A DNA stretch of 64,000 bases from positions 128,001 to 192,000 of the forward strand of contig CAWETW010000001.1 of assembly GCA_963812155.1 (NCBI GenBank), written 5' to 3'. How positions within the stretch are numbered: position 1 is the stretch's first letter; each line of letters opens with the position of its first letter. The notes under the pieces were generated by a model. That model did no database searches. It saw only the letters and a list, made by a program, of their open reading frames with translations, and had not been told where the DNA came from. Below are positions 42,758 through 51,173 of this stretch, in pieces. The translations under genes and the position numbers were made by a program. The DNA is from Vulcanimicrobiota bacterium. Its GTDB lineage: Bacteria > Vulcanimicrobiota > Vulcanimicrobiia > Vulcanimicrobiales > Vulcanimicrobiaceae.

Positions 42758-43828
42758 GTGAGCGCCGGCGCAAATCAAGAGCGGCTCACCGAGAACTATT
42801 CCTACGATCTACCGCCGGAGCTCGTCGCGCAAGCGCCGGCTGCGGTGCGCGATGCAGCGCGGCTCATGATCGTGCGCGAACGCAACGAAGACGCGCGCTT
42901 TGCCGACTTGCCGCAGTATTTACGCACCGGCGACGTTCTCGTGCTCAACGAGACGCGCGTGATCGCGGCGCGGCTCATCGGCAAACGGCTGCCGGGCGGC
43001 GGCCGCGCGGAACTGCTGCTCCTACATCCCGCGGGATCGGAACGGTATGACGCCGGCGCGATACGGTGGATCGCGCTGGCGCGACCCGCGCGCCGATTGC
43101 GCGAAGGCGCGCGCATCGCGTTCGATGGCGGCATTGCGACCGTCATGGCGGTGCTCGACGAGGGTGCGCGCGAGGTTGCATTCGAGCTCGACGAACCGTT
43201 CGAATCGTTTCTCGAGCGTGCCGGCCGTCTACCGTTGCCGCCGTACGTGCGAAACGACTCACCGGAAGCGCAGCGGGGCTATCAAACGGTGTTCGCGCGC
43301 GTTCCGGGGAGCGTTGCCGCGCCGACCGCCTCGCTCCATTTTACGCCGGAACTGCTGGCGCGCATTGAAGACGACGGCATCGAGATCGCGTGCATCGCGC
43401 TCGACGTCGGACTCGGCACCTTCCGGCCGATGACCGCCCGCCGCATCGACGACCACGCGATGCACGCCGAAGCCTACTGCATTCCGGCGGCGGCGGCTGC
43501 GGCGATCGAGCGCGCCCGGGAAGAAGGGCGCCGCATCGTCGCCGCCGGCACGACGGTCGTCCGGGCGCTCGAAGGCAACGTCCAAACGCACGGGAGAATC
43601 GTTGAAGGAACGTGGCGGACCGATCTCTTCATCGCGCCGGGCTTCGAGTTTCGGCTGGTTGACGCACTGATCACCAACTTTCACTTGCCGCGCTCGACGC
43701 TCTTAGTGCTCGTCAGCGCGTTTGCCGGACGCGAGCGCATCCGGCGCGCCTACGCCGATGCCGTGGCACGGCGCTACCGGTTCTTTTCCTTCGGCGACGC
43801 CATGCTGCTGGAGCGCGCGCACACGTGA
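42758..43828 (+). CDS. queA: S-adenosylmethionine:tRNA ribosyltransferase-isomerase
   Basis: YDLP.ELVAQ, PLPPY, YQTVFA..PGSVAAPTA, GTTVVRALE, TNFHLPRSTL, YRFFSFGDAM. Confidence 0.97.
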   Translation: MSAGANQERLTENYSYDLPPELVAQAPAAVRDAARLMIVRERNEDARFADLPQYLRTGDVLVLNETRVIAARLIGKRLPGGGRAELLLLHPAGSERYDAGAIRWIALARPARRLREGARIAFDGGIATVMAVLDEGAREVAFELDEPFESFLERAGRLPLPPYVRNDSPEAQRGYQTVFARVPGSVAAPTASLHFTPELLARIEDDGIEIACIALDVGLGTFRPMTARRIDDHAMHAEAYCIPAAAAAAIERAREEGRRIVAAGTTVVRALEGNVQTHGRIVEGTWRTDLFIAPGFEFRLVDALITNFHLPRSTLLVLVSAFAGRERIRRAYADAVARRYRFFSFGDAMLLERAHT

Positions 43829-45606
43829 GTTTGACGCAGCAATGGACGTGGACGTTGGACGCGCCGCGCGCACGTCTGTGGCGCTACCTTGCCGATACCG
43901 ACTGGGTCAACCGGCACGCGGGTTTGCCGCCGATCGCCGCACGCTACGAGCCGCTCCCCGGCGGCGGCGCTCGCCGCTTTGCATCGTTCAAGCGAGGGCC
44001 CCTGCGCGTCGAGTGGGAGGAGCGCCCGACGGAGTGGGAAGCGCCGTCGTTCTTTGCGGTCGAACGCGACTACCTCCACGGGCCGCTCTCGAGGTTCGTC
44101 AGCCGAACGTCGCTCGATGAGGACGGAAGCAATCGAACGCGTGTCGTCGTCGACGTGCGTTTGGAAGCCGCAAACGCGCTCGCGGAACCATTGCTGCCGC
44201 TGCTCGCCGCCCACGGGAGAAGGGGCGCGGACCGCGCCTTTCGCCTGGCGACGAAACTCGCGCACTCGGCCGGCGCGCGCGACGGCGAGACGCACGACGA
44301 TGCAAGCCGCGATTTGGGACCGTGGAACCGTTTGCGCGAGGCCGGCGCAAGCGCCGGCGTGGTCGCGCGCCTCGCGGCGTTCGTCGACGACGCCGAGGAT
44401 GCCGACCTGCAGCGCATGCGCCCCTACGAGCTCGCCGATGCGTGGCGCTTGCCGCGGCGCGACGTCTTGCGCGCGTTTCTCATCGCGACGCGGGCGGGAC
44501 TGTTCAACTTGCGGTGGAGCGTGCTCTGTTCGTCGTGCCGCGGTCCGAGCGAACCGGCCGCGTCGCTCTCCGACGTGCGTCCTACGTACCACTGCGACTC
44601 GTGCAACGTCGCGTTCGGCGCCGCCTTCGACCGTTCGGTCGAAGTGACGTTCGACGCACGCCCGCTCGGACGCACGACCGACGTTCCACCGTTCTGCATT
44701 GCCAATCCCCGCCGCAGCCCGCACGTTCACGCGCAAACCTCCGTCGATGCTCGCGCCGAACGCACCCTCCAACTTGCGCTGCTTCCGGGCAACTACAATC
44801 TCACCGTCACCGGTGCAGGGTCGACGCCGTTCGCGGCGGCGCCTGACGCCAATCGCGAAGCCGTCGCGACGATCGACGCCAGCGGCGCGGTCGACGTTCC
44901 GGTGGAACTCGGGGCCGGCGCCCTTTCGCTACGCGTCGTCAACCGGCTCGATCGCGAAGCCGTGGTGCGCGTCGAAGACGGCGAGTGGCCCGACACGATC
45001 GTGACGGCCGCACAGGTCACCGCGCTGCAAGAGTTTCGCGACACGTTCTCGTCCGAGGTGCTCGCGCCGGGGCTCGATCTCGGGATCGAAACGCTTGCCG
45101 TGCTATTCACCGACGTGGTCGGTTCGACGGCGATCTACTCGAAGACGGGCGACGCGCCGGCATTCCGCATCGTCAGCGACCATTTTGCCGCGATTCGTGA
45201 AACGGTGGCACGCTGCGACGGTGCGATCGTCAAAACGATCGGCGACGCCGTGATGGCGGCCTTCACCGATCCCGCACGGTGTTTGGAAGCGGCGCTCGAT
45301 CTCGATGCGCGCGTGCGCATCATCGCCGCCGCCGGCGCACCGCTGCGGCTGCGCGTCGGGTTTCACGCCGGCCCGTGCATCGCAATGCGCGCCAACGACC
45401 GCATCGACTATTTCGGAACGACGGTGAACCTCGCGGCGCGGCTGCAGAAGCTCGCCGGCGCCGGCGAGGTCACCCTCGCACGCAGCGTCGCCGAACGCCC
45501 GGATATTGCCGAACGCCTGCGCGGACTTGCGACCGCCGTCGCGAGCGAAACGCTCGAAATCAAAGGCTTTTCGCAGCGCATCGACGTGGTGCGCGTCCGG
45601 CCGTAG
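43825..45606 (+). CDS. Class III adenylate/guanylate cyclase with SRPBCC-like and DUF5939-like domains
   Basis: LFTDVVGST, VKTIGDAVMA, DYFGTTVNLAARL; central CxxC...CxxC; N-terminal APRARLW.YLADT. Confidence 0.88.
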   Translation: MSLTQQWTWTLDAPRARLWRYLADTDWVNRHAGLPPIAARYEPLPGGGARRFASFKRGPLRVEWEERPTEWEAPSFFAVERDYLHGPLSRFVSRTSLDEDGSNRTRVVVDVRLEAANALAEPLLPLLAAHGRRGADRAFRLATKLAHSAGARDGETHDDASRDLGPWNRLREAGASAGVVARLAAFVDDAEDADLQRMRPYELADAWRLPRRDVLRAFLIATRAGLFNLRWSVLCSSCRGPSEPAASLSDVRPTYHCDSCNVAFGAAFDRSVEVTFDARPLGRTTDVPPFCIANPRRSPHVHAQTSVDARAERTLQLALLPGNYNLTVTGAGSTPFAAAPDANREAVATIDASGAVDVPVELGAGALSLRVVNRLDREAVVRVEDGEWPDTIVTAAQVTALQEFRDTFSSEVLAPGLDLGIETLAVLFTDVVGSTAIYSKTGDAPAFRIVSDHFAAIRETVARCDGAIVKTIGDAVMAAFTDPARCLEAALDLDARVRIIAAAGAPLRLRVGFHAGPCIAMRANDRIDYFGTTVNLAARLQKLAGAGEVTLARSVAERPDIAERLRGLATAVASETLEIKGFSQRIDVVRVRP

Positions 45607-45640
45607 CAGATCGCGTTACGTTGGAAAACCCGCTCCGAGA

Positions 45641-46573
45641 TTAAAGCCGAGTTATCAGCAGCGCCGTCGGCAGCGTGACGCCATTGGTCATCTTCGCGTA
45701 CGGCGTATATTCTCCGCGATGGTAGAGGTAGACCGCGGCTTGCTCGACATCCCCGATCGCGACGGTGCCTGCGTGCCCCGGCGTCGACTGAATCGAGATC
45801 GACTGCGGATAGAAGAAGCCGCCGACCGTCTGAATCGGCGTCGTCGACCCCGGCGCGTACACTTCAACGTCGCCTTCGAATCCATCGGTCACCCACAGAT
45901 CACCCGTCCTCCGATCGACGGCGACGCCGGTGGGGTACTCGAGATCCACCAAGTGAAGCGGCGTCAGCGTCGTCGTGCCCGCTTTAACCTCGAATACCTG
46001 GATCGCGCCGTAGTCCGCGATGAAGAGATTTCCGCGCGCATCCGTCGCAAGGCCAAGCGGTTTGTTCAGTCCTTGACCCGTGATCTTCACGGACGGGGCT
46101 TTGCGGCCGTCCGGATACTCTTTGATCGACGCAGGGAAGAGGCCGCTCACGTACAGCGTTCCGCGACCGTCGATCGCGAGCCCGGTCGCATCGTGGATGC
46201 CGTTCGTAATCACCGTGCTCGCCACCGTCGAGCCCGCGGGGAACTCTTCGACCTCGTTCGTTTGGCAATCGTCGGCGACGTAGAGAGTGCCTTTCGAATC
46301 CATCGCCAAGCCGAGAGGACAACCGGAAACCTGAATCTTTGCGATCCGCGGAGCGTTCTCGGCGACGTCTTTCAACCGATAAACGTTAACGACGTCTTTG
46401 TTTTGTTCGCCCTCGAAGAGGAGCGAGCTGCGCGTTTCGTACGCCGGCGCAGGTGCGTTGTTCGGTGCCGCGCCTCGCCCAGGCTCGTAGAGCGCAGACG
46501 GCGGGGCCGCGCAGCTGCAGACGGCGACGACCGCGGAGACGGCAAGCAGTACACGCGCGCGATTCGATGCCAC
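45641..46573 (-). CDS. NHL-repeat beta-propeller lipoprotein
   Basis: Signal ending VCSC; repeated PLGLA.D..GTLYVAD. Confidence 0.8.
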   Translation of the reverse strand: MASNRARVLLAVSAVVAVCSCAAPPSALYEPGRGAAPNNAPAPAYETRSSLLFEGEQNKDVVNVYRLKDVAENAPRIAKIQVSGCPLGLAMDSKGTLYVADDCQTNEVEEFPAGSTVASTVITNGIHDATGLAIDGRGTLYVSGLFPASIKEYPDGRKAPSVKITGQGLNKPLGLATDARGNLFIADYGAIQVFEVKAGTTTLTPLHLVDLEYPTGVAVDRRTGDLWVTDGFEGDVEVYAPGSTTPIQTVGGFFYPQSISIQSTPGHAGTVAIGDVEQAAVYLYHRGEYTPYAKMTNGVTLPTALLITRL

Positions 46574-46651
46574 TTCAAGACCCTCCGTAGCGGCTTTTTC
46601 GGTATCGCTGCGCTACAGGCTTTCCGGAGCCTTCGAGCAACGCACGCCTGG

Positions 46652-47633
46652 ATGCGATACGTGAACCTCCCGGAATTCGGGGATGCGGACGTCATGACGA
46701 TCGCCGAAACGGCGGCGCCCCAGGCTGCGACGCGGTGAGGTTTTGATTGCGGTGGAGGCGGCGGGAATTTCCCGCGCCGACGTTCTGCAACGCAAAGGCC
46801 TGTATCCGCCGCCGCCCGGAGCGTCGCCGATTCTCGGACTCGGCGTCGCCGGAACGATTGCCGAAGCCGGTTCCGGGGTCACGCGATGGCGTACCGGCGA
46901 TCGCGTCTGTGCGCTGTGCAACGGCGGCGGGTATGCCGAACGTGTCGCGGTTCCGCAAGGCCAAGTGCTCCCGCTTCCGCAGGGATGGAGCGCCGTCGAG
47001 GCGGCGACGCTGCCGGAGAATGCGTTTACCGTCTACGACAACCTCTTCACGCGCGCGCACTTGCGGCCGGGCGAAACGCTCTTGGTGCACGGAGGCAGCG
47101 GCGGCATCGGTTCGACCGCGATCATGTTTGCGGCCGCGCTAGGCTCGAGCGTCATCGCAACCGCGGGCAGCAATGCCAAAGTTGCAGCGTGTTTGCGCTT
47201 GGGTGCGCAGGCCGCAATCGATTACCGCACGCACGATTTCGTCGCGGAGGTTTTACGCGTTACCCAAGGTCGCGGGACCGACGTCGTGCTCGACGTCGTC
47301 GGCGGCGAGTACGTCGCGCGCGATCTGCAATGCCTCGCGCTCGATGGGCGCATTGCCTGCATTGCGACGCAAGGCGGCCGGGCGGCTGAGATCGACCTCG
47401 GCGCGCTGCTGCGAAAACGCGCGACGATTCTCGGCTCGAGCCTGCGTCCGCGCACTAGCGCGCAAAAAGCCGCCATCGCCCGTCATCTCGAAGCGCGCAT
47501 CTGGCCGCTGCTCCCGCAGCGAACCGCAATCGTACCGGCGGTCGATTCGACCTACCCGCTGGAACGCGCGGCCGACGCGCACGCGCGGCTCGAATCCGGC
47601 CAAACGGTCGGGACGATCGTCCTTACGACGTAG
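46652..47633 (+). CDS. NAD(P)H-quinone oxidoreductase, PIG3 family (apparent +1 frameshift ~46720)
   Basis: EVLI.V.AAG, G.YPPPPGAS.ILG, GGGYAE, LVHGGSGGIG, GSSLRPR; N-terminus MRYVNLPEFG in the adjacent frame. Confidence 0.9.
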
Positions 47634-47689
47634 GCTTACATAACGCTCGATGACGCCTTGTCTGCTCGGACGCCGGAGTGAATGGCCTG

Positions 47690-47698
47690 TGCTATAGT
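47690..47698 (+). promoter_or_regulatory. Candidate extended -10 promoter (TG-c-TATAGT)
   Basis: Directly upstream of AGGAGG (47705-47710) and the GTG at 47715. Confidence 0.45.
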
Positions 47699-47714
47699 CT
47701 TTTCAGGAGGGCTC

Positions 47715-47957
47715 GTGCACGCTCCACTCGAGGCGCGGATAGCCCATGTCGAGGGCGCCGTCACTCAGATTAACGAACGGCTCGGTAGCATCGACCGGCG
47801 GCTCGATGCGGTTGACGCACGCTTTAACCACATCGACCAACGTTTCGACCGCGTTGACGCCCGATTCAATTGGGTAATCGGCACACTGATGTGCGCCTGG
47901 GTCACAATGATGGCGGCCCAAGTCGGGACGATACTCGCGGTCGTCGCCCACCGCTGA
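47715..47957 (+). CDS. Small heptad-repeat coiled-coil protein with C-terminal TM helix
   Basis: AGGAGG RBS; repeats RLDAVDA-RFNHIDQ-RFDRVDA-RF followed by a hydrophobic tail. Confidence 0.7.
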   Translation: MHAPLEARIAHVEGAVTQINERLGSIDRRLDAVDARFNHIDQRFDRVDARFNWVIGTLMCAWVTMMAAQVGTILAVVAHR

Positions 47958-47996
47958 GGTCCTTACCCTGACGACGACGCCGAAACGCGGCGCGCT

Positions 47997-48503
47997 TCAG
48001 TGGTAGATCGACTGGTGCGGACCGGTGACCATGAAAAAGAGCATCGGGATCGAAAGCATGGTGTTGACTCGCGACGCCAAGAAGGCGACGCGGCGCGCCT
48101 TGACCTTTTGCTCGTCGGTCGCCGGAACGAGGCCGAGAATCTTCTTTTGATTCATCCAGATAAACGTCCACACGTTGATCAGCATGATCGTGCCCAGCCA
48201 CGCGCCGATGCCGATCGGCGCCATGTTGCTCTGCAATGCAAATGCCGCCGCGAATCCGTTCATACCGTTCGCGGCGGTCATGCTGCCGAGCAGGGCCGCG
48301 CCGAAGATCCACGTCACGACCGCGCCCCAGCGGAAGAAGAGCAGCGCGCGCGGCACGACGTACTTCGAAATCGGCGCTGCCTCACCGGCGGCGGTGGCTT
48401 CCTTGACCGCAGCGGCGTTCACGAAGTTGAAGAAATAGAGCAAGCCGATCCACATGATGCCGGCCAGGACGTGAAGCCAGCGAAGGATTGCGTCGGTCAG
48501 CAT
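47997..48503 (-). CDS. PuuD/DUF989-like membrane protein (no cytochrome c domain)
   Basis: RWLHVLAGIMWIGLLYFFNF, FRW, NVW.FIW.NQKK, SR.NT.LSIP. Confidence 0.8.
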   Translation of the reverse strand: MLTDAILRWLHVLAGIMWIGLLYFFNFVNAAAVKEATAAGEAAPISKYVVPRALLFFRWGAVVTWIFGAALLGSMTAANGMNGFAAAFALQSNMAPIGIGAWLGTIMLINVWTFIWMNQKKILGLVPATDEQKVKARRVAFLASRVNTMLSIPMLFFMVTGPHQSIYH

Positions 48504-48614
48504 TTACGCGCCCGCCGACTGTGAAACCAGCATCTGCGCGAGATAAAAGAGCACGCCGGTCAGAACGACTCCCAAGATAATCGTCCACCAGAGCGAGTCC
48601 AGAGGATTTTTCAC
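48504..48614 (-). CDS. 36-aa single-TM protein
   Basis: GGAGGGA RBS, GTGA overlap with NFACT gene; KNPLDSLWWTIILGVVLTGVLFYL; TAA abuts the next ATG in frame. Confidence 0.65.
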   Translation of the reverse strand: MKNPLDSLWWTIILGVVLTGVLFYLAQMLVSQSAGA

Positions 48615-50185
48615 GATCGAAGGTCCCTCCCTCGTCCGGTGGTTTGCGCGTTCGGGACGGTCGCATCCTTCGGCGGAGCGGAGTCCGGAAGCGCCACGAT
48701 CGTTTTGGGGTTGACGTACCATACCAGCCCCGGCGGTGCGTTGCGTTGTTTGCGCACGTGTTTGCGCTGCGTGTAATCGACCGGTACTTTCGCGCTCGCC
48801 TTCGCCTTCGAATGTTGCGCCGCAAGGGCGGCGGCCGCCGCGACGTCTTCGGCCGGCGGCTCGGCGCGGTCGTCGCGCGAGAGAATCACGTGCGCACCCG
48901 GGATTCCTTGGGCGTGGAACCAGAGATCCTCCGGCCGAGCCAGCGCGAAGGTCACGTGCGCGTTTTCGGCCGGCGAGCGTCCCACGACGATGCGCGAGCC
49001 GGACGGCGTGCGCACCTCGAGCAAGGCGCGGCGCCGCTTCCGCGCCGCCGGTTTTGCCGGCTGCGCGCGGCGATTGCCGAGCGTCGCGATTGCGGCTTCC
49101 AACTCGTCGAGATCGTCGGGCGCTACGCGCTGCGCTTCCCACGCGAGGTCCTCCACGGCGGCCACGTGCGCGCGCAGTTCGCCTTCCCGCTTCGCGAGAT
49201 GCGGCAGCGATGCGCCGAGTTTTTTGTAGCGGGCGAAGAGCGCCGCCGCACGATCCTTCGCCTCCTCACGCTCTTCGGCCGGCAGCGTATGCAGTTCCGC
49301 GAAAACCGCCTCGCCTTCGGCGCGAAGCGCATCGCGCGATGCCGCACGCTCGCGTCGCAGCTCGATCGCTGCCAGTTCTTCGTTCAGCTTGCGTTCTCGC
49401 TCGCGAAGACGTTTCGCGACGCGGTCGCGACGGCGCTGGGTGCGTTCCCGTTCGCCGCGGCCGCGCAGCTGCCGGTGGAGTTCGGACAGGACGTCGAGCA
49501 GCGAATCCGCGCGCGTTTGCTGCGCATCGTCGAAGCCCGGCAGCGGAACCACGTGCGCCTGGAGGAGCGCGCCGTCGCGGCGATAGACGAAGATCGGCTC
49601 GCGCATCGCGGCATCGCTCTCGGCGTATGCGACGGCGTCGCCGCCGGGGACGGCGGCCTGTTCGAGCGACTTCGGCGTTCGCGGCGCGCCGGCGAGCGGA
49701 GGCAGTTCGTACGGCTGTCCGAGGCTTACGCTGCGACGCTGATTCTCGGCCGGCGTAAACTCTTTGGCAGCGGCCACCACGGTGTCGCGCTTGACGAGCA
49801 CCAGATTCCCGAACCGCGGCACGAGTTCGGCATAGAGTTCGATGCTGTCGCCGACGCCGAAACGCGAGCGGCTCGCGAACGTCAGCCGGAGGAGCCGATC
49901 GCCCCGGCGCGCCCGGACGCCGGCGAGCGTCGTGCCTTTCAGCGCGGCCGCGGCGGCGCGGACGAACCCCGGCTCCGCCACGATGCCCAACTCGCCGGTT
50001 TCGACGGTCAGCAGCGGGGGCGACGCGAACACGTCGGCCGCCAACAACCGGCTTTCCCCGCGGTGCCGCAGGACGATCGCGAACCGCCCGTCTGCAAGCA
50101 AGCCGGCATCGGTGACCCGGGAGCCGCCCAGCCGTTGCTCGAGCTCGTAGCCGAGCCGGCGGACGAGTAGCCAATCCGTAACCAG
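48611..50185 (-). CDS. rqcH: NFACT / RqcH (Rqc2, FbpA) family protein
   Basis: DRLL.L.F, YAELVPRFGNLVLV, coiled coil, C-terminal VGRS..EN...DLWFHAQGIPGAHV...VDYTQRKHVRK; start placed at CTG 50185. Confidence 0.85.
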   Translation of the reverse strand: MVTDWLLVRRLGYELEQRLGGSRVTDAGLLADGRFAIVLRHRGESRLLAADVFASPPLLTVETGELGIVAEPGFVRAAAAALKGTTLAGVRARRGDRLLRLTFASRSRFGVGDSIELYAELVPRFGNLVLVKRDTVVAAAKEFTPAENQRRSVSLGQPYELPPLAGAPRTPKSLEQAAVPGGDAVAYAESDAAMREPIFVYRRDGALLQAHVVPLPGFDDAQQTRADSLLDVLSELHRQLRGRGERERTQRRRDRVAKRLRERERKLNEELAAIELRRERAASRDALRAEGEAVFAELHTLPAEEREEAKDRAAALFARYKKLGASLPHLAKREGELRAHVAAVEDLAWEAQRVAPDDLDELEAAIATLGNRRAQPAKPAARKRRRALLEVRTPSGSRIVVGRSPAENAHVTFALARPEDLWFHAQGIPGAHVILSRDDRAEPPAEDVAAAAALAAQHSKAKASAKVPVDYTQRKHVRKQRNAPPGLVWYVNPKTIVALPDSAPPKDATVPNAQTTGRGRDLRS

Positions 50186-50251
50186 GGTTAGGGTGCCTCC
50201 GCTATGAACTGAAGATGGTTTGCTGAGCCTGCCGCTCCTCGGGGAGTTCGC

Positions 50252-50872
50252 GTGATCACCGGGCCCGGTCTGCTCTTCGTGATCTCGGGTCCATCGGGCG
50301 CCGGTAAGGATACGCTGGTCGAGGCGCTCATTCGACGGGTCGGCAGACTTCGCTACTCGATTTCGATGACGACGCGCGAGCCGCGGGCCGGCGAGCGCGA
50401 CGGGGAGCACTACTACTTCGTTACTCGGGCGGAGTTCGACCGCCGGCTGGCCGCCGGAGCCCTGCTCGAGACGAGGGAGTACGGCGGGAACCTGTACGGC
50501 ACGCCGCGCGAACCGATCGAAGAACGTCTGAGGCAGGGTGACGACGTCATCGTCAAGCCCGAAGTCAACGGGGCGCTGGCCGTCAAGGTTGCCTACCCCG
50601 ACGCCGTGCTGATCTTCCTCGTACCGGACCGGTTTTCGCACCTTCGCGAGCGTTTGCTCGCGCGGCGAACCGAGACGAACGAAGAGATCGCGCGGCGGCT
50701 CGAAATCGGCCACAAGGAGATGAGCTTCATCCGCAGGTTCGATTACCTGGTCGTCAACGAACAAGACCGGCAAGAAGAAGCGATCGGCGATCTGCAGGCC
50801 GTCCTGCACGCCGAGCGTCTCAAAATCCACCGTTACACCGACGAATCCATAAAGAAAGTGCAACTAACCTAA
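50252..50872 (+). CDS. gmk: Guanylate kinase
   Basis: SGPSGAGK, SMTTREPR.GE.DG..YYFV, YGT, FDYLVVN. Confidence 0.97.
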   Translation: MITGPGLLFVISGPSGAGKDTLVEALIRRVGRLRYSISMTTREPRAGERDGEHYYFVTRAEFDRRLAAGALLETREYGGNLYGTPREPIEERLRQGDDVIVKPEVNGALAVKVAYPDAVLIFLVPDRFSHLRERLLARRTETNEEIARRLEIGHKEMSFIRRFDYLVVNEQDRQEEAIGDLQAVLHAERLKIHRYTDESIKKVQLT

Positions 50873-50874
50873 TC

Positions 50875-51147
50875 ATGGCATCATCCGTTTTCGGCGACTT
50901 GGAGAAGCTGCTCACGCATGCGGATTCCAAGTTCAGCCTCGTCAATATCGTCACCAAACGCGCTCGCCAGCTGAACAACTGGATCCGCGTGCAGCAGCAG
51001 CCGCCGACCGATCGGCGCGAATATTTCGCCAGCGAGCCGCTCGTCGACAAAGATACGATCAACCCCAACAAAGCGGTCTCGATCGCGCTCGACGAGATCG
51101 CCGAAGGGAAAATCGCCTATCACCGCACCCGCGAGGGCATCAAGTAG
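50875..51147 (+). CDS. rpoZ: RNA polymerase subunit omega
   Basis: SKFSLV....KRARQL, K.VSIAL.EI.EGK; follows gmk. Confidence 0.93.
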   Translation: MASSVFGDLEKLLTHADSKFSLVNIVTKRARQLNNWIRVQQQPPTDRREYFASEPLVDKDTINPNKAVSIALDEIAEGKIAYHRTREGIK

Positions 51148-51173
51148 CCGCGGCGTAGGGAGGTTCGTTAGAT

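Noticed and set aside
48611..50863. 750-aa NFACT ORF
   Set aside because: The first ~226 codons are the antisense shadow of gmk
51148..51173. glmS ribozyme
   Set aside because: Only 26 nt separate rpoZ and glmS, far too short
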